Assembly (NCBI GenBank): GCA_036496025.1
Contig: DASXLW010000080.1
Span: 7,397 to 71,396 of the forward strand
DNA from: Streptosporangiaceae bacterium
GTDB taxonomy: Bacteria; Actinomycetota; Actinomycetes; Streptosporangiales; Streptosporangiaceae
DNA length: 64,000 bases
Direction of reading: 5' to 3'
Shown here: positions 60,632 through 64,000 of the stretch, piece by piece
Layout: each line of letters opens with the position of its first letter
How positions within the stretch are numbered: the first letter of the stretch is position 1
Notes under the pieces: model-generated
Told to the model about the DNA's origin: nothing
The model's input: the letters and a program-made list of their open reading frames with translations, nothing else
Database searches by the model: none
Position numbers and translations under genes: made by a program

Positions 60632-61573
60632 ATGAGCGAGCCTGTCCGCATGATGCGCGCCATGTGCGCCTCGAGCCCTGATCCGGCCAGCCTGAGCAGC
60701 CAGAGCATCCCGGTCCCTGATGCCGGGCCGGGTGAGGTGCTGGTTGAGGTGCGGGCCACCGCCATCACGTCCGGCGAGCTCGACTGGCCGGAGAGCTGGC
60801 CCGCCATCCCTTGCCACGACCTGTCCGGCGTGGTGGCGGCTACGGGTCCCGCGGCGGCCGACTGGCAGCCAGGCGACGAGGTCTACGGTCTGGTCGGTTT
60901 CGACCGCCCCGGTGCCGCCGCCGAGTACGTCACCGCACCCGCCGCCGACCTGGCCGCCAAGCCGGATGGCGTGGACCACCTCGCGGCCGCCGCGGTTCCG
61001 CTCGGCGGGCTCACGGCCTGGCAGGCCCTGCACCAGCACGCGCAGCTGCAGCCGGGGCAGCACGTCCTGGTCCACGGCGGCGCTGGCGGTGTCGGCGCCT
61101 ACGCCGTACAGCTTGCGGCGCGGTACGGCGCCCGGGTAACTGCTACGGCATCCGCGCGGGATCTCGACTTCGTCGCCGGGCTGGGTGCCCGCGATGTCCT
61201 TGACTACTCCGGCCGGTTCGAGGACCACGTCCGCGACGTGGACGTGGTGATCGACCCGGTGGGCGGCACCACCACCGCCCGTTCCTGGCCCACGCTGCGC
61301 AGCGGCGGGATCCTGGTCGCGATCGCCGCGGAGCCCGGCCCCGGCCAGGGCGGCCGCGGCGACGTCCGGAGCGTGTACTTCGTGGTCGCCCCTGACGGCG
61401 GCCAGCTGCGGGAACTGGCCGGCCTGATCGGCAAGGGACAGCTGCGCCCGGTCGTCTCCACGGTCTTCGACCTGGACGCCCTGCCCGAAGCCTTCCGGGC
61501 CGGGCGGGCCGGCCGGGCGCCGGGCAAGGTGATCATCAGGGTCGGGCAGAGCGGACGCCCCGAAACCGCCTGA
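60632..61573 (+). CDS. MDR-superfamily NADP-dependent oxidoreductase
   Basis: ATG 60632, with ATG 60653 as an alternative. ..VHGGAGGVGAYAVQLA.. is present. Confidence 0.8.
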   Translation: MSEPVRMMRAMCASSPDPASLSSQSIPVPDAGPGEVLVEVRATAITSGELDWPESWPAIPCHDLSGVVAATGPAAADWQPGDEVYGLVGFDRPGAAAEYVTAPAADLAAKPDGVDHLAAAAVPLGGLTAWQALHQHAQLQPGQHVLVHGGAGGVGAYAVQLAARYGARVTATASARDLDFVAGLGARDVLDYSGRFEDHVRDVDVVIDPVGGTTTARSWPTLRSGGILVAIAAEPGPGQGGRGDVRSVYFVVAPDGGQLRELAGLIGKGQLRPVVSTVFDLDALPEAFRAGRAGRAPGKVIIRVGQSGRPETA

Positions 61574-61784
61574 GCAGGTGCGGGAGGCCGTGCGGTAGCG
61601 GTACAGAGCTCCCTCGGCGGGGTGTCGATGCTCACACGGCTACCGCCCGAATCAGCCCTGAACTGCCCGAACGCCACCGCTTGTCCGCGCCCGGTGATCT
61701 CGTTGCGCGACCGGCGGTACACCGGACCGCCCGCTCGTGCGTCATTACTACAGCGAGGGCCCCGCAGTAAGGACCAGCTGACCG

Positions 61785-61853
61785 ATGCTCACCACGATCC
61801 TGGTCATCGCCGTGATCATCATCTGCTCAGGCCTATGGCTGCGGCGCCGATGA
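61785..61853 (+). CDS. Candidate 22-aa hydrophobic peptide
   Basis: Hand translation gives MLTTILVIAVIIICSGLWLRRR*. aagga lies about 12 nt upstream, and 19/22 codons end in G/C despite low local GC. The call is speculative. Confidence 0.3.
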   Translation: MLTTILVIAVIIICSGLWLRRR

Positions 61854-61894
61854 AGTGTCAACCGCGAGCCAGACGGCAAGGAGGCGACCACCGC

Positions 61895-62083
61895 ATGATC
61901 AACATCGTAGTCTTTGTCGCCGGCGTAGCCGCTGCGGGCGTGTGGCTGCGGTGGGCCGTTGTCCCCGTCAGGATCGCCTATGGCCTCGGGCGCATGTCCG
62001 AGCGTCAATGTGCCCGGATCCGGGCCGGCGTGGTGACTGCCTTGGCCCGGCACCAGGAAGACCCGCCGCAGGACGAGGCCTAG
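61895..62083 (+). CDS. Small membrane protein (62 aa)
   Basis: ATG 61895 has a perfect AAGGAGG 12 nt upstream. The sequence is MINIVVFVAGVAAAGVWLRWAVVPVRIAYGLG.. followed by a polar tail. Confidence 0.45.
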   Translation: MINIVVFVAGVAAAGVWLRWAVVPVRIAYGLGRMSERQCARIRAGVVTALARHQEDPPQDEA

Positions 62084-62123
62084 GTCGGGCCGCGGGTAGC
62101 AGTCGGGTCTCTTGGCGACCTGT

Positions 62124-63209
62124 TCATCGTTGGGCCCGTGACCGGCGCCATAGCCTCGGTTTCGCAGCTCGCCGTGGCCCGTCTGCGGGTGAACGCGGCA
62201 GGACGCAGGGGCTCGACGCGAAGTCGCGCGCTTCGTCGAAGATGTGTTGCAGGCTGGCGTCGACCACGTGCGTGTCGGCGTCGAATCTGCGGAACCGCGG
62301 AACGACGCTTGTTACGAGCCAACGCCAGCGGTCGTCGAAGCGGGTGATCCTCGGCCACTCTCGTGCCCGCAGGGCGTGCGGGATTCCTCGCGTGAACGAG
62401 TAGAGGTAGAACGAGGTGAAGTCCGCAATCTCCTGCCGGACTCCACGCACCTCGAAGCTCGTGGCCGACCCGATCGCGACGAGCCAGGCGGATGAAAACG
62501 AGAGCCGATCGAAGTTGGGTTGCACCAAGGCGCACTGCTCGTGCTCGAGGAGCCCAACGTTGCCCTCCCAAATGAGATCATCGGCCCTCTGTCGAGCCTC
62601 CGCGGACGCCATCGCGTCCGCCAAGACACGGCGTCCTTGGTCGATCGCCTCGAAGCCGGCCAGGACGGGTGCATAGTGGCGTTCCGCTTGCAGGAGAGCG
62701 CGCAGACGTTCGATCCCGTCTTCGGCAGACACATACGCGAAATGAACCCAGAAGAGGTCGTTGAAGATGGCGTTGTTCGTCGCCCGGATCGTGTTCACAT
62801 CCTGCGTCAGCAGCAGTTTCGGACGACGCAGGCTGTGCGGGATGTCGACGTAGCCGGTGCGATCGGCGTCCAGCCGGAGCGGGAAGAGGGCGAGCCGGAC
62901 GTGGTGCGAAGCGATCGCGGCCATCGCAGCCCACTTGAAGCAGGCGGGCTGGAGCTTGTACATCCACGCATAGCGTGACGAGATCTCCACGTTGCGATGG
63001 AATGCGCAGCACGGGTCGCTCAGGAGACCATCGGCCGCGGCCTTCCACCCCGCGATCGTGTCCGGCGTTCCGTTCCGGGGGACGAGTTCGCGTCGCTCAG
63101 GGACGAGCTCGCCGGGACGATCAGGCCGGCCCTCTGGCTGTTCCTCTTGACGACATGGTTCGCCGCTCGCCGGCGAGCGGTTCGCCGGGGAAGACCACCA
63201 GTCACTCAC
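62124..63209 (-). CDS. Orphan hypothetical protein (361 aa) in a low-GC islet
   Basis: Long ORF with GTG 63209. Sampled lines are 33-35/60 GC. The N-terminus is disordered and the core is helical, with ..YAWMYKLQPACFKWAAMAAIASHHV.. I could not assign a domain with confidence. Confidence 0.6.
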   Translation of the reverse strand: MSDWWSSPANRSPASGEPCRQEEQPEGRPDRPGELVPERRELVPRNGTPDTIAGWKAAADGLLSDPCCAFHRNVEISSRYAWMYKLQPACFKWAAMAAIASHHVRLALFPLRLDADRTGYVDIPHSLRRPKLLLTQDVNTIRATNNAIFNDLFWVHFAYVSAEDGIERLRALLQAERHYAPVLAGFEAIDQGRRVLADAMASAEARQRADDLIWEGNVGLLEHEQCALVQPNFDRLSFSSAWLVAIGSATSFEVRGVRQEIADFTSFYLYSFTRGIPHALRAREWPRITRFDDRWRWLVTSVVPRFRRFDADTHVVDASLQHIFDEARDFASSPCVLPRSPADGPRRAAKPRLWRRSRAQR

Positions 63210-63443
63210 CCTGAAACGCTATGCCCGGGGCGTGGCCGCCGTCACCGCCACGCAGTCGCCTCCGACGGCAGGGGGCGGGACGGGCGATGCGGGCGACTGA
63301 CCAGTGACGGGATGAGAGACCCAGGCATTTGACTATCTCTCTTACCGGGTTGCGGTTCCTGCTTGCCGTTGCCAGCGAGCCTGGCGGGGGATCGCGTGGA
63401 TGACATCAGCCGTCCATTCCGAGGACGAGAAGGGTGGCCGCCC

Positions 63444-63968
63444 TCAGCGGACTGCCCGCGAATCGCTATCGGAGGGACCTGGCTGAGCGACCGGTTGCGG
63501 GCCGCGGGCTGGCAAGCTCCGGGTGGCTGCCACTACGACGGTCCAGCTGATGAGGGCGAGCACCGTGATCGACTCGATCGTCAGCGATTCGATGACGTAT
63601 GACGCCGAGATCGACTCCCGGAAGCCGAAGAGCCCCACGTTCAGGCTGATGATGAGGGCACCGAGCGTTGCGGCGGTGTAGCCGGCGGCAAGCAGCCCGG
63701 CCAGCGGCCGTGGCCACGTCAGTAGTATGGCGGCGAGCACGAACCCGGCCACCGCGTCGATCAGGAACAACGGCCCGTTGGTGGGGATGTGGCGGTAGCC
63801 CTCCAGCCACAAGTGCAAATGGATGTACCCGATCCAGGCCAGCAGCGCTACACAGCCCAGGCGCAGCAGCGCGGCGACCAGGCGGACCGCGCCTGGACCC
63901 GTGGCGGGGGGACGGCGCGGCGACGCGAGCTGGCGTAGCCGGAATCCAAGTGTTTCAGTCATCGTCAT
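63444..63968 (-). CDS. Integral membrane protein (about 4 TM), function unknown
   Basis: 174 aa. The hydrophobic helices are LVAALLRLGCVALLAWIGYIHL, LFLIDAVAGFVLAAILL, LLAAGYTAATLGALIISL and ITVLALISWTVVVAA. Confidence 0.55.
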   Translation of the reverse strand: MTMTETLGFRLRQLASPRRPPATGPGAVRLVAALLRLGCVALLAWIGYIHLHLWLEGYRHIPTNGPLFLIDAVAGFVLAAILLTWPRPLAGLLAAGYTAATLGALIISLNVGLFGFRESISASYVIESLTIESITVLALISWTVVVAATRSLPARGPQPVAQPGPSDSDSRAVR

Positions 63969-64000
63969 GCCTTTCGCGACGGCGAGATGTTCCGCGTACC

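Noticed and set aside
1-64000. Search for tRNA, rRNA, transposase, integrase, phage or known defence-system genes
   Set aside because: I noticed no T-loop-like GGTTCGAATCC-type motifs or rRNA-like segments. None of the translated ORFs shows DDE/serine/tyrosine recombinase, Cas, restriction-modification, or toxin-antitoxin signatures that I could recognise by eye.

Overview
High-GC (roughly 70% or more by eye) actinobacterial chromosomal segment. It is densely coded, with about 70 CDS. I saw no rRNA, tRNA, CRISPR array, transposase or integrase. The backbone is a conserved housekeeping and nitrogen-metabolism neighbourhood: map, panB, nadE, a GSI-type glutamine synthetase, hrpA, folE and glnE. 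Blocks of accessory redox, transport and regulator genes interrupt it. These include a 7-gene Mrp/Mbh-style antiporter operon, four MDR quinone-oxidoreductase paralogues, two enolase-superfamily enzymes, GNATs, and TetR/AraC/GlxA/MmyB regulators. The candidates most worth a second look are listed here. (1) In the window centre, a translationally coupled operon encodes poxB, a 4-TM protein, a gluconate-DH-subunit-3-like protein and a GMC flavoprotein. It has no cytochrome c subunit and no Tat signal, and it sits next to an orphan secreted 548-aa protein. (2) A low-GC islet at 61.6-63.4 kb carries an orphan 361-aa protein convergent with two tiny hydrophobic peptides that share a G-[LV]-W-L-R motif. 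(3) A perfect 19-triplet collagen-like Gly-X-Y insertion lies inside glnE. (4) A 23-bp-arm inverted repeat lies in a divergent AraC promoter region. (5) Many short tandem duplications sit exactly on gene boundaries (stop codons, Shine-Dalgarno regions). (6) A ferredoxin-reductase gene is decayed. All functional calls come from reading motifs in the supplied translations. No database search was run. Start codons are often uncertain, as is usual in high-GC DNA.
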